64,000 bases of DNA from Mobula hypostoma (GCF_963921235.1 NC_086103.1:116808001-116872000), one strand, 5' to 3'. Positions 50,818 to 63,668 are shown, numbered from the stretch's first letter. Numbers and translations: made by a program. The notes: a model not told the origin generated them from the letters alone.

Positions 50818-53367
50818 ACATACATCAAAGTTGCTGGTGAACGCAGCAGGCCAAGCAGCATCTATAGGAAGAGGTGCAGTCGACGTTTCAGGCCGAGACC
50901 CTTCGTCAGGACTAACTGAAGGAAGAGTGAGTAAGGGATTTGAAAGTTGGAAGGGGAGGGGGAGATCCAAAATGATAGGAGAAGACAGGAGGGGGAGGGA
51001 TAGAGCTGAGAGCTGGACAGGTGATAAGCAAAAGGGGATACGAGAGGATCATGGGACAGGAGGTCCGGGAAGAAAGACAAGGGGGGGGGTTGACCCAGAG
51101 GATGGGCAAGAGGTATATTCAGAGGGACAGAGGGAGAAAAAGGAGAGTGAGAGAAAGAATGTGTGCATAAAAATGAGTAACAGATGGGGTACGAGGGGGA
51201 GGTGGGGCCTTAGCGGAAGTTAGAGAAGTCGATGTTCATGCCATCAGGTTGGAGGCTACCCAGACGGAATATAAGGTGTTGTTCCTCCAACCTGAGTGTG
51301 GCTTCATCTCCACAGTAGAGGAGGCCGTGGACAAATGTCAGAATGGGAATGGGATGTGGAATTAAAATGTGTGGCCACTGGGAGATCCTGCTTTCTCTGG
51401 CGGACAGAGCGTAGATGTTCAGCAAAGCGGTCTTCCAGTCTGCGTCGGGTCTCACCAATATATAAAAGGCCACATCGAGAGCACCGGACGCAGTATATCA
51501 CCCCAGTGGACTCACAGGTGAAGTGATGACTCACCTGGAAGGACTGTTTGGGGCCCTGAATGTTGGTAAGGGAGGAAGTGTAAGGGCATGTGTAGCACTT
51601 GTTCCGCTTACACGGATAAGTGCCAGGAGGGAGATCAGTGAGGAGGGATGGGGGGGACGAATGGACAAGGGAGTTGTGTAGGGAGCGATCCCTGCGGAAT
51701 GCAGGGGGGGGGGAGGGAAAGATGTGCTTAGTGGTGGGATCCCGTTGGAGGTGGCGGAAGTTACGGAGAATAATATGTTGGACCCGGAGGCTGATGGGGT
51801 GGTAGGTGAGGACCAGGGGAACCCTATTCCTAGTGGGGTGGTGGGAGGATGGAGTGAGAGCAGATGTACGTGAAATGGAGGAGATACGTTTAAGAGCAGA
51901 GTTGATAGTGGAGGAAGGGAAGCCCCTTTCTTTAAAAAAGAAAGACATCTCCCTCGTCCTAGAATGAAAAGCCTCATCCTGAGAGCAGATGCGGCGGAGA
52001 CAGAGGAATTGCGAGAAGGGGATGGCGTTTTTGCAAGAGACAGGGTGAGAAGAGGAATAGTCCAGATAGCTGTGAGAGTCAGTAGGCTTATAGTAGACAT
52101 CAGTGGATAAGCTGTCTCCAGAGACAGAGACAGAAAGATCTAGAAAGGGGAGGGAGGTGTCGGAAATGGACCAGGTAAACTTGAGGGCAGGGTTAAAGTT
52201 GGAGGCAAAGTTAATAAAGTCAACGAGTTCTGTATGCGTGCAGGAAGCAGCGCCAATGCAGTCGTCGACGTAGCGAAGGAAAAGTGGGGGACAGATACCA
52301 GAATAGGCATGGAACATAGATTGTTCCACAAACCCAACAAAAAGGCAGGCATAGCTAGGACCCATACGGGTGCCCATAGCTACACCTTTAGTTTGGAGGA
52401 AATGGGAGGAGCCAAAGGAGAAATTATTAAGAGTAAGGACTAATTCCGCTAGACGGAACAGAGTGGTGGTAGAGGGGAACTGATTAGGTCTGGAATCCAA
52501 AAAGAAGCGTAGAGCTTTGAGACCTTCCTGATGGGGGATGGAAGTATATAAGGACTGGACATCCATGGTGAAAATAAAGTGGTGGGGGCCAGGGAACTTA
52601 AAATCATCGAAAAGTTTAAGAGCGTGAGAAGTGTCACGAACATAGGTCGGAAGGGATTGAACAAGGGGTGATAAAACAGTGTCGAGGTATGCAGAAATGA
52701 GTTCGGTGGGGCAGGAGCAAGCTGAGACAATAGGTCGGCCAGGACAGGCAGGTTTGTGGATCTTGGGTAGGAGGTAGAAACGGGAAGTGCGGGGTGTGGG
52801 AACTATAAGGTTGGTAGCAGTGGATGGGAGATCCCCTGAGCGGATAAAGTCAGTGATAGTGTGGGAGACAATGGCCTGGTGCTCCTTAGTGGGGTCACGA
52901 TCGAGGGGTAAATAAGAGGAGGTATCTGCGAGTTGTCGCTGTGCCTCGGCAGGGTAGAGGTCAGTACGCCAGACTACAACAGCACCCCCCTTATCGGCGG
53001 GTTTAATAATAAGGTTAGGATTAGTGCGGACGGAGTGGAGAGCAGAGCGTTCCGAAGGAGTGAGGTTGGAATGGGGACAAGGTGTGGTGAAGTCGAGACG
53101 GTTGATGTCCCGTCGGCAGTTAGCAATAAAGAGATCCAGAGCAGGCAGAAGACCAGAGCGGGGTGTCCATGAAGAAGAGGAGGGTTGAAGACGGGAGAAG
53201 GGGTCATCGGTGGGGGTGGAAGAGTCCTTGCCGAAGAAGTAGGCTCGGAGACGGAGACGGCGGAAGAAAAGTTCCGCATCGTGGCGAACACGGAACTCGC
53301 TGAGGTGTGGGCGAAGGGGGACAAACGTGAGGCCCTTACTGAGAACAGAGCGTTCTGCCTCCGACAG
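50818..53367 (-). mobile_element. Penelope-like element (Neptune-type), 5'-truncated but near intact: RT + Cys linker + GIY-YIG endonuclease + 3' region with hammerhead
   Basis: Frame runs from LSEAERSVLSKGL through KPADKG, LPKIHK, RPIVS, MDVQSLYTSI, GVAMG, RYVDD, CKRNKCYTC, GVIY...YIGET; frameshift near 51335 with the C-terminus (QPDGMN) in ORF 51210-51473; cagtta at both junctions. Confidence 0.95.
50878..50913 (-). ncRNA. Minimal hammerhead ribozyme in the Penelope 3' region (intact core)
   Basis: Minus strand: AGTC-CTGACGA-AGG gtctcgg CCT-GAA ACGT C^GACT. Confidence 0.8.
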
Positions 53368-54360
53368 TTAGTCAGTTGTTTGAGGATGTTGGAGTTGATT
53401 GTTAAGGATGTGTTTGGGGTACTTGGAGACACATGATAAAATAGGCCATAGTCAGCATAGTTTCCCAAAGGGAAAACCTTGCTGACAAATCTGTTAGAAT
53501 TCTTTGAAGAAATAACAAGCAAGATAGACTTAGATTTTCAGAAGGCCTTTAACAAGGTGCCACACAAAGCTGCTTAACAAGCTATGTGCCCGTGGTATTA
53601 CAGGAAAGATTCTAGCACGGTTAAAGCAGTGGCTAATTGGCAGGAGGCAAAGAGTGGGATAAGGGGGGGATTTTCTCATAGGCTGCTGGTGACTAGTGGT
53701 GTTACACATAGATTTGTGTTAGGACAAATTCTTCTTACATTATATGTCAATGATTTGGATGATGGAGTTGATGGCTTTGTTGCAATATTTGCAGATGATA
53801 GAAAATAGATGGGGGGGCAGGTAGTTTTGAGGAAGTAGAGAGACTACGGAAGGATCTAGATTAGGAGAATGGGCAAAGAAGTGGCAGATGGAATACAGTG
53901 TCGGGCATTGTATGATCATGCACTTTGGTAGAAGAAATAAAAGGACTGACTATTTTCTAAATGGAGAGAAAATACAATAATTTGAGGTACAAAAGGACTT
54001 GGGTGTTACTTTGTAGGTTGAGTCGGTGCTGAGGAAGGCAAATGCCATGTTAGCATTCATTTCAAGAGGACTAGAATACAAGAGCAAGGACGTGCTGTTG
54101 AGACTTCATGGTGAGACCTCACTTTGAGTATCGTGAGCAGTTTTGGGCCCCTTATCATAGAAAGGATGGACTGAAACTGGAGAAGGTTCAAAGGAGGTTC
54201 ACAAAAAAAGATTCCAGGATTGAGTAGCTTGACATTTGAAGAGCGTTTGATGGCTCCGGGTCTGTATTCACTAGAATTCAGAAGAACGAGGGATGATCTA
54301 ATTGAAGCCTATCAAATGGTGAAGGGCCTTGATAGAATGGATGTGGAGAGGATGTTCCCA

Positions 54361-56362
54361 AATATCGATTGGCATCTCCCTAGAGCAAGGGGATTAGATC
54401 GGGTGGAGTTTGTTTGGTGTGTTCAGGAAGGTTTCTTGACACAATATGTATATAAGCCTACAAGAGGAGAGGCTGTACTCGATTTGGTATTGGGAAATGA
54501 ACCTAGTCAGGTGTCAGATCTCTCAGTGGGAGAGCATTTTGGAGATAGTGATCATAATTCTATCTCCTTTACAGTAGCATTGGAGAGAGATAGGAACAGA
54601 CAAGTTAGAAAAGCGTTTAATTGGAATAAGGGGAAATATGAAGCTATCAGGCAGGAACTTGGAAGCATAAATTGGGAACAGATGTTCTCAGGGAAAGGTA
54701 TGGAAGAAATGTGGCAAATGTTCAGGGGATACTTGTGTGGAGTTCTGCATAGGTACGTTCCAATGAGACAGGGAAGTTATGGTAGGGTACAAGAACTGTG
54801 GTGTACAAAGGCTGTAGTAAATCTAGTCAAGAAGAAAAGAAAAGCTTACAAAAGGTTCAGAGAGCTAGGAAATGTTAAAGATCTAGAAGATTATAAGGCT
54901 AACAGAAAGGAGCTTAAGAAGAAAATTAGGAGAGCCAGAAGGGGCCATGAGAAGGCCTTGGCAGGCAAGATTATGGAAAACCCCAAGGCATTCTACAAGT
55001 ATGTGAAGAGCAAGAGGATAAGACGTGAAAGTATAGGACCTATCAAGTGTGACAGTGGGAAAGTGTGTATGGAACCAGAGGAAATAGCAGAGGTACATAA
55101 TGAATACTTTACTTCAGTATTCACTATGGAAGAGGATCTTGATGATTGTAGTGATGACTTGCAGCAGACTGAAAAGCTTGAGCATGCAGATATTAAGAAG
55201 GAGGATATGCTGGAGATTTTGGAAAGAATCAAGTTGGATAAGTCGCCGGGACCGGATGAGATGTACCCCAGGCTACTGTGGGAGGCGAGGGAGGAGATTG
55301 CTGAGCCTCTGGCGATGATTTTTGAATCATCAGTGGAGTCGAGAGAGGTTCCGGAGGATTGGAGGGTTGCGGATGTTGTTCCTTCATTCAAGAAAGGGGG
55401 TAGAGATAGCCCAGGAAGTTATAGACCAGTGAGTCTTACTTCAGTGTTGGTAAGTTGATGGAGAAGATCCAGAGAGGCAGGACTTATGAACATTTGGAGA
55501 GGCATAATATGATTAAGAATAGTCAGCATGGCTTTGTCAAGGGCAGGTCCTTGCCTTACGAGCCCCACTGAACTTTTTGAGAATATGACTAAGCACATTG
55601 ATGAAGGAAGAGCAGTAGATGCAATGTATATGGATTTCAGCAAGGCATTTGATAAGGTACCCCATGCAAGACTTACTGAGAAAGTAAGCAGGCATAGGAT
55701 CAAAGGGGACATTGCTTTGTGGATCCAGAACTGGCTTGCCCACAGAAGGCAAAGAGTGGTTGTAGACAGGTGATATTTAGGAGCCGAGAGGTAATGTTGC
55801 AGCTATATAAGACCCTGGTCAGACCCCACTTGGAGGACTGTGCTCAGTTCTGATGGCCTCACTACAGGAAGGATGTGGAAACCGTAGAAAGGGTGCCGAG
55901 GAGATTTACAAGGATGTTGCCTGGATTGGGGAGCATGCCTTATGATAATAGGTTGAGTGAACTCGACCTTTTCTCCTTGGAGCGATGGAGGATGAGAGAT
56001 GACCTGACAGAGGTGTATAAGATGATGAGGGGCATTGATCGTGTGGATAGTCAGAAGCTTTTTCCCAGGGCTGAAATGGCTGCCACAAGAGGGCACAGGT
56101 TTAAGGTGCTTGGGAGTAGGTACAGAGGAGATGTCAGGGCTAAGTTTTTTACGCAGAGGGTGGTGAGTGCGTGGAATGGGCTGCCGGTGGTGGTGGAGTT
56201 GGAAACAATAGGGTCTTTTAAGAGACTTTTGGGTAGGTACATGGAGCTTAGAAAAATAGAGGGCTATGGGTAACCCTAGTAATTTCTAAGATAAGGACAT
56301 GTTCGGCACAGCTTTGTGGGCCAAAGGGCCTGTATTGTGCTGTAGCTTTTCTATGTTTCCAT
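54361..56362 (+). mobile_element. CR1 (same family as 38841-45450) with an internal deletion near 55770
   Basis: LDLVLGNEP, SDHNSISF, MDFSKAFDKVPH, then a jump to LYKTLVRPHLE; 3' tail ttttctatgtttccatgt. Confidence 0.9.
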
Positions 56363-56369
56363 GTAATCT

Positions 56370-56599
56370 AAAGGGGGAGGAAGTGTAATGTATGGAGCTA
56401 TTTCTTTTAGAGCAATGACCCCCACCCCCCTCCCAGCACTATGTACTGATCTGTTGTCTGTGTGCATGCACTGTTGTCTACACATACACATTGTTCTCTC
56501 TCTCTCTCTCTCTCACTGCAATGTGAATACACCAGTTAAAGACATCACCCTCGTGTGTGCTTTTATTTAATGTATATGTAGTTGTGCACAGACATAACA
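56370..56599 (+). mobile_element. PPT plus short 3' LTR of an LTR retrotransposon
   Basis: Polypurine aagggggaggaag followed by TGTAATGT...ACATAACA (56384-56599). Confidence 0.6.
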
Positions 56600-58550
56600 G
56601 CGAGAAAGATTGATGAAGATAGAACATGAATGTTGTCTCCCTGGATTTTAGTAAGGAATTTGACGAAGTCCCTCCTGGGAGGTTAATCCAGAAGGTAATG
56701 ATGCACGGGGTCCGCGGTGAATTGGCTGCTTGGATTCAGAACTGGCTTACACATAGAAGATAGAGGGTAGAGGTTGAAGGGACTTGTTCGAGCTGGAGGT
56801 CTGTAATTAATGGTGTTCCACAGGGATCTGAGCTGGGACCTCTGCTGTTTGTCATGTATATAAATGACCTGAATGAAAATGTAGATGGGTGGGTTAGTAA
56901 GTTTGCAGATTATACCAAGATCGGAGTTGTGGATAGTGTAGAAGACTGGCAAAGAACATAGTGTGACATAGATCAGTTGTGGATATGGGCAGCAAAAAGG
57001 CTGATGGACCTTAAATCAGATAACTGTGAGGGGTTTCACCTCGATCGGGCAAACACAAGGAGACAGTACACTGTTAAGGGCAAGACCCTTAACAGTGTTG
57101 CTCAGCAGAGAGATCTTGGGATCCAAGTTCATAACTCCATGAAAGTTGCTACGCAGGTCCATGGGGTGGTCGCGAGGGCTTATGGAATGCTTGCTCTTAT
57201 TAGTCAAGGCAATGAGTTCAGAAGTCAGGAGGTTATGTTGCAATTTTATAAAACTCTAGTTGGGCCAATCTGAAGAATTGAAAACAGTTCTGCTTGCCCC
57301 ACTACTGGGAGGATGTTAAGGCTTTGGAGAGGGTGCAGAAGAGGTTTGCCAGGATACTACCCGGTTTAGAGGGCATGTGCTATCATGAGAGGCTGGACAA
57401 TCTTGAGTTGTTTTCTTTAGAGCAGCGGAGGATGAGGGAAGATCTGATAGAGGTTTATAAGATTATGAGAGGCATAGATAGAGTAGACAGGGAGTATCTT
57501 GTTTCCCAGGGTAGAAATGTCTAATACCAGAGGGCATGTGTTGAAGGTGAGAGGGGGTAGGTTCAAAGGGGATGAGAGGGGTTTTTACTCAGAGAGTGGT
57601 GGATGCCTGGAATGTGCTGTCTCGTATGGTGCTGGAGGCAAATACATTCATCATCATCATTAAGTGCTGTGCCCAGTTTGAGCTTTGACTGCCATGCCCC
57701 ACACACTCCTGTCTTGGGTCAAGTGGATCAATTCATTGGTATTCCTTTCCAGTTCTCTGGCTGCTGTCTCCATCATCATTTGTCTTTGTCCTCCTCTTGC
57801 TTTCTTCCCTTCAATCTTTCCCATAATTACCGTGCATTCTAACTCCTCTTTCCAAATCACATGTCCAATGAAGGTACGTTGCCTTTTCATGATTTCATAC
57901 ATCATTTCTCCTTTTGTGTTTGCTCTGTTCATGATATCTTCGTTAGATACTCATTTCGTCCATGATATTCTTTGCATCCTCCTCGAAAACCACATCTCTG
58001 CTGCTACAATTCATTTCCTCATGTTACTAGATATTGTCCAACATTCTGAGCCATATAACATAACTGGATAAACATAACATTTCAGTACTCTGAGGCGGGT
58101 TGTCATGCCTAGTTTAGTGTTGGTCAGTATATTCTTCATTCTCGTAAAGGTGTCTTTTGCCATCCCTATTCTTCTTTTGATGTTCATGTCACACCTGCCA
58201 TCTGATGTCACCCAGCTTCCTATGTAGCAAAAGTTCTGTACTTGTTTTATGTCTTCCCTGTTTATTCTCAGCCTGCAGATAGGATTCTCCTTCTTTTTGG
58301 ATATCACCATACATTCTGTCTTTTTGCAATTGATAGATAGACCCATTTTTGCACTTTCTTCAACAATTATATCAATTAAGTTAGAGGCTTTTAAAAGATG
58401 TTTAGATAGGCGTATGAATGTGAGGAAGATCGAGGGATATAGACATTGTGTAGGTAGAAAGGATTCATTTTTTGAGAGTTTTTGATTTACTTTTTAGCTG
58501 ATTTGACACATTATCGTGGGCTGTTCCTGTGCTGTACTATTCTATGTTCA
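56600..58550 (+). mobile_element. Degraded CR1 interrupted by an RTE LINE
   Basis: [24 protein letters not shown]; 3' end gctgtactattctatgttc at about 58530-58550. Confidence 0.85.
57648..58378 (-). mobile_element. RTE-clade LINE 3' fragment
   Basis: GLSINCKKTECM, FCYIGSWVTSDGRC...IKRRIGMAK, LYGSECW, GKIEGKKARG; (TGA)n tail seen as tcatcatcat at about 57648-57660. Confidence 0.88.
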
Positions 58551-58632
58551 ATGAAAGTGGATAACTCATTGCATAAAATTGGTAAATAGTTTAATTATTG
58601 CATGGTTGTATTTCCTTCTTAAAGAAGCAGGT

Positions 58633-58644
58633 TGTGTGTGTGTG

Positions 58645-58675
<31 letters not shown>
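58633..58675. repeat. (GT)n microsatellite
   Basis: About 20 GT units with one interruption. Confidence 0.95.
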
Positions 58676-58928
58676 ACTGTATATTTTAATGTTAATTGGC
58701 GTGTGTCACAGGAAACATCATTGTACCAAGATACAACTGTCCATTTGAGAGTAACTGCCTTCAATGTTAGAGCCTGAATTTCTGACTTTATTTGCTCATA
58801 TGTGGTCTAACACAAAAGAAAATCACAGACAGCGTAGTCAGTCTTGCAGGTGAAGAATAGTGGGGCTAATAACGAGTAAACAGAGTTGTGGATTGTGCTA
58901 AAAGGCAGCACAAACAAACCCTGAAAGT

Positions 58929-59107
58929 AGAGACATGAAATGCAGTATAATGACACCGAGACTTCGGGAAACTTCACTCGTTATGTTATAGGATACACCC
59001 ATTGTAATATAAACTGCATTAATAGAGACATGAAATGCAGCATGATGACACCCGAGACTGCAGGAATTCCACTAATTGTGTTATAGAGTGCACCCATTGT
59101 TGTAATA
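58929..59107. repeat. Diverged ~95-bp tandem duplication
   Basis: agagacatgaaatgcag..tgacacccgagact...cacccattgt at 58929 and 59024. Confidence 0.8.
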
Positions 59108-59995
59108 GGAAATTGGATTTGCGGTTGGACCTGCTGATAATCTTTTTATTCTGTAATCAAAACCTAGTCTGAAACTTAATTAAGTTTTCCTGTAACCACC
59201 ATTCAGTTATTAAAGTATAGTTTTAATGTTAATCTTGTCAACTGAGAATATAAAAGCTCTGTTAATCCAAACTCAGATAGATCAGCTTTGACTGGTTTCC
59301 TACTATGAACCAATTTTAATAAATAGTCTATAATTTTAAACAACAACTCCGTGTGGCCTTTCAGTTTGTTCCTACAATTGGTGTAGTCGGCAGGATACCT
59401 CAATGGGTCACAGCCGACTATGAATCTCCTAGTTCGGTGAGTGTGTTTGTGATACCATCCTGTTATGTGAGGGAATAACATCATAGTTGGCTGCAACTGT
59501 AAGTTGTGGTGAAAAGAGACCATGGAGTGTGAGGGGAACAGGGGATTGGAGTGTCTGGATAACTTGTGGATGGGGTCTGGGTGGTTACAGGTTGCAATTG
59601 ATTTACAAAATTGATTGACTAACCAACTTCATTTGAGAGATAGGCTTAGGGAGCTGGATTTGCAGACACTCTAAGCAAAGGCAACAGAGGGAAGAAAGGA
59701 AGCCAGAGGAAACCAGTGAAGTTGTGTGAGAATTGGAAGGTCCCTCCTCCAGACAGTAGTGTACTGTAACAGATACAGAAAATGGTAAAGGAAGGTTACA
59801 GTCCGGACGGAACAACCCCTGAGCAAATTGCCTGGTGGAAGAAACAAGCGAAGGGCAAATCTAAAAAGGTTGTAGTAATAGTAACAGCATTATTGTGCAA
59901 TCACCACAGAGTTGCAATTGCCAAACAAGCACAGAACTCCCTGATCTGGGGTGAGTGGTAGGTGGTTTAGCTCCAAGCACTCCCCTAGAAACTAA

Positions 59996-60098
59996 GCAAC
60001 ACACATCAAAGTTGCTGGTGAACGCAGCAGGCCAAGCAGCATCTGTAGGAAGAGGTGCAGTCGACGTTTCAGGCCGAGACCCTTCGTCAGGACTGAAA
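59996..60098 (-). mobile_element. 103-bp Penelope-derived mini-element (intact hammerhead + tail) with exact 13-bp TSD
   Basis: ccctagaaactaa at 59983-59995 and 60099-60111; insert almost identical to 50818-50913. Confidence 0.88.
60058..60095 (-). ncRNA. Minimal hammerhead ribozyme motif (intact core, 5-bp stem I)
   Basis: Minus strand: CAGTC-CTGACGA-AGG gtctcgg CCT-GAA ACGT C^GACTG. Confidence 0.8.
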
Positions 60099-61344
60099 CC
60101 CTAGAAACTAATATAGTTTGGGCTGATGAATATGAGACTCAAAGTAAAGATTCACGACTTCTACCTCATAAAAAGGCAGCAGAAGGCGCACCCTTCTGGG
60201 TAACCTGGAAAGACCGCAGGAAATAACAATGCAGAGTCCGGGGAGGAAGAACCTTATGCAGCAACAGAGAAACAGATGTTGCTAAATAAAAGATCCACTA
60301 TCAACCTTAATAATGACAATGTGCTTTTTTTGGCAAAAGGTTGAAGGGAGGCTGACCATGTGACTCTCAATGATAGTCACGTCCTGCTAAAGGTTAAAAT
60401 ATTCAGGCAGGTCTGGTCTGTATTGCCTGAACATATCCAAAATAAAAATTGACTCAAAGGGAGAAACCAATCCCCACGGGACAAATTGGGTAATTTAGTG
60501 AGGCAGTTAGGGATGTGATAGGTGAAGGACAAGCAAATTAGACTATGATTTCTTTGCTTAAGCAAGACCAGGGGAGGAAGTTGAGGGTTATGCTGAGTGA
60601 AAATATTAGGCATATGAGCAACATGGTATCCTAAGTGCAACTAAACGGGTCAATGACATCTTCTTACAATTTCTGAAAGATGGCATAGGTCCACATCTGT
60701 CCCAGATAATAAAAATGGGGGTACCCTTTGGCCTATTTTTTATCAAATTCTTAACTAAAACCTGGTGGAGACTAAGAAAGAGCTTAAATGGAAACACTGG
60801 TCCCACCTGAAAGGATAGCTTGGGCAAAAACGATTTAACTATGCGAACACACTTCCAGAGGAACAGTAAATATGCAACTCCGCTCGGAGGGATTTGGATA
60901 ATTGGATGTGTAAAATATAGTCTGTAAATTGAAGGAGCAACGAAGAATGACCAGCTGTGAGATTTACCAATGGCACGCGATTTTACATGTGAGAAATGGT
61001 TTCATCGTGTGGTGCTGTGAAATGAACATCTGAAAGCAGCACGGTGATTGGAGGACATCCGGTGGGGAGTAGGTGTGTGGCAGAAGGGGATCCATTGCTA
61101 ATTATTTATCATGCTGAGACACAGGGCTAACAAACCACTTACACTTAAGTGTGGTTATCCCACAGGCTGTGCCGTTTGGGAATCGATCACTACAGGATTC
61201 ACTGAGCGCCACATTGTATGAAGGGCCAGAGAGACCCTGAGAGCAGGAGGTGGGGATGGGATTAGTATTGGAAGATACAGGTGAGAGGGTTTGTATAGTA
61301 TCAGGCTACAGACATGTACATGTAGTTTTTAACTTGATTGCTTT

Positions 61345-63315
61345 GTAAGCCGCTAGATTTTGCAGGGATGATGGCAGAGCAGCAGTGACTGGAGTTTCTG
61401 GAAGTAATTCAAAAGGTGCATAATTGGTTCATCTCAAAAAAGTAGAAACATTCTAAAGGGACAAGGAAGCAACCATGGCTGACAAGAGAAGTCAAAGAAA
61501 GCATGAAAGCAAAAGAGAGGGCATACATGATAGTGAAAACTAACCAATAATATAAAAGATGATACCAACATTTTTTCTCAACTATAAAAAGAGTAAAAGA
61601 AGGGTACGTGGATATTGAACTGCTGGAAAATGATGCTTGGGAGGCAGTAATGGGGGACAAAGAAATGGCAGGCGAATTTCATCAGTATTTTACATCAGTC
61701 GACACAGTGGAAGGCACCAGCAGAATGCCAGAAATTCAGGAGTGTCAGGGAGCAGAAGTGAGTGCAGTTGCTATTACTAGGGAGAAGATGCTTGGGAAGA
61801 TGAAAGGTCTGAAGGTAGATAAGTCACCTGGACCAGATGGACTACACCCGAGGGAGCTGAAGGAGGTTGCTGAAGAGATTCTGAAGGCATTAGTAGAGAT
61901 CTTTCAAGAATCACAAGACTCTGGTATGGTTCTGGAGAACTGGAACATTGTAAATGTCACTCTTCTCTTTAAGAAGAGCGGGAGCAAAAGACAGGAAGTT
62001 ATACAGTAGGTATGTTAGTCTGAATTCAGTGGTTGGCAGAATGTTAAGGATGTGGTTTTGGGTTATTGGAGGCACATAATGAAATAGGCTGAAGTCAGCA
62101 TGGTTTCCTTAAGGGGAAATTTTGCCTGACGAATGTGTTGGAATCCCTTGAGGAAATAACAAGCATGATAGACAAAGGAGAGTCAGAGGATGATGTTTAC
62201 TTGAATTTCAGAAGGCTTGTCAAAGTACCATGCATGAGACTCCTAATCAAGATAAGAGCCCCTGGTATTACAGGAAAGATGCTATCATGGACGGAGTATT
62301 GGCTGACTGGCAGAAGGCAAAGAGTGGGCTTTAAGGGGGCCTTTTCTGGTTGGCTGCCAGAGACTAGTGCTGTTCTGCAGGGGTTGGTGTTGAGATGGTT
62401 TCTTTTCACGTTATATGTCAATAACTGGGTGACAGAATTGATGGCTTTGTGGCTAAGTTTGCAGATGATACAAAAATAAGTGGAGGGTCACGTAGTGTTG
62501 AGGAAGTAGGGAGTCTGCAGGATAGGCAGAATGCAGTGTAGGGAAGTGTATGGTCATGCACTTTGGGAGAAGGAATAAAGGTGTAGAATATTTTCTACAC
62601 AGGGAGCAAATTCAGAAATTTGAAGTATAAAAGAATTGGAAGCCTAGTACAGGATTCCCTGAAGGTTAATTTACAGGTTGAGACAGTTGTAAGTAAAGCA
62701 TTCATTTCAAGAGGACTTGTGTATAAAAGTAGAATGCAATCCCAAGGTTTTATAAGGCATTGGCCAGACCACATTTGGAGTATTGCAAGCAGTTCTGGGC
62801 CCCTTATCTAAGAAAGGATGTGCTAACATTGGAAAGGATCTTGAGGAGGTTCACAAGAACGATCCCAGGAATGAAGGGGTTAACATATGAGGAGCATTTG
62901 AGGCTCAGAGCCTGTACTTAATGGAAGTTTAGAAGAATGTGGGGGATTTCACTGAAACCTATTAAATATTGAAAGACCGAGAGAGTGTGAACATTGAGGG
63001 GATGTTCCCAAAAGCGGGGTTTCCTGGGACCAGAGAGAACAGCCACAGAACAGAAGGACGTCCCTTTAGAACAGAGACAAGGAAATTCTTTAGCCAGAGG
63101 GTAACATACCTGTGGAATTCACTGCCACACATGCTGTGGAGGCCAGGTCATTGGGTTTATTTAAAGTGAGGTTCTTGATTAGTCAGGGCATCAAAAGATT
63201 TGGGGAGAAGGCAGGTGAATGGGGTTGATTGAGATAATAAATCAGCCATGATTGAATGGCAGAGTACATTTGATGGGCTGAATAGCCTAATTCTGCTCCA
63301 ATGTTTTATGGCCTT
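61345..63315 (+). mobile_element. Degraded CR1 ORF2 and 3' end
   Basis: VDKSPGPDGLHPREL, WLTGRRQRV; tail cctaattctgctccaatgttttatgg. Confidence 0.88.
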
Positions 63316-63506
63316 ACAGTACAACTCATCTTTCAAACTCTTTGGGACAGTATTTGGAAATGGCTTTCAATGTACAATCCATCCTTAGATTTGACTTCTT
63401 ATCTCTCATATTATCATATATTAATGTAAGAAGATATCTCATTGCATAAAACGTAGACAGTTTAATAATTACATGAGTTTATTTCCTTTTTAAGAATTGT
63501 AAATGT

Positions 63507-63668
63507 ACCCTCAGTGGCCACTTCATTAGGTATGCCTACTCGTTAATGCAAATATCTAAACAGCCAATCATGTGGCAGGTACTCAATGCATAAGAGCATA
63601 CAGACATGGTCAATAGGTTCAGTTGTTGTTACGAGTAAATATCAGAAATGGAAAGAAATGTGATCTAA
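63507..63668 (+). mobile_element. Tc1/mariner-like left-end fragment
   Basis: TA-preceded ccctcagtggccacttcattaggta terminus; shares sequence with 46840-46990. Confidence 0.55.

Larger units (their letters stand above)
50020..54360 (+). mobile_element. Degraded CR1 ORF2, split by the Penelope insertion
   Basis: DKSPGPHGVHPRVL and NITPLFK before 50817; CR1 RT resumes after 53370 (LLEFFEEI, IFADD). Confidence 0.88.

Noticed and set aside
54220-55458. 412-aa ORF as a host gene
   Set aside because: In-frame junction of two CR1 ORF2 fragments at about 54360 (RT C-terminus joined to the endonuclease region); non-ATG start
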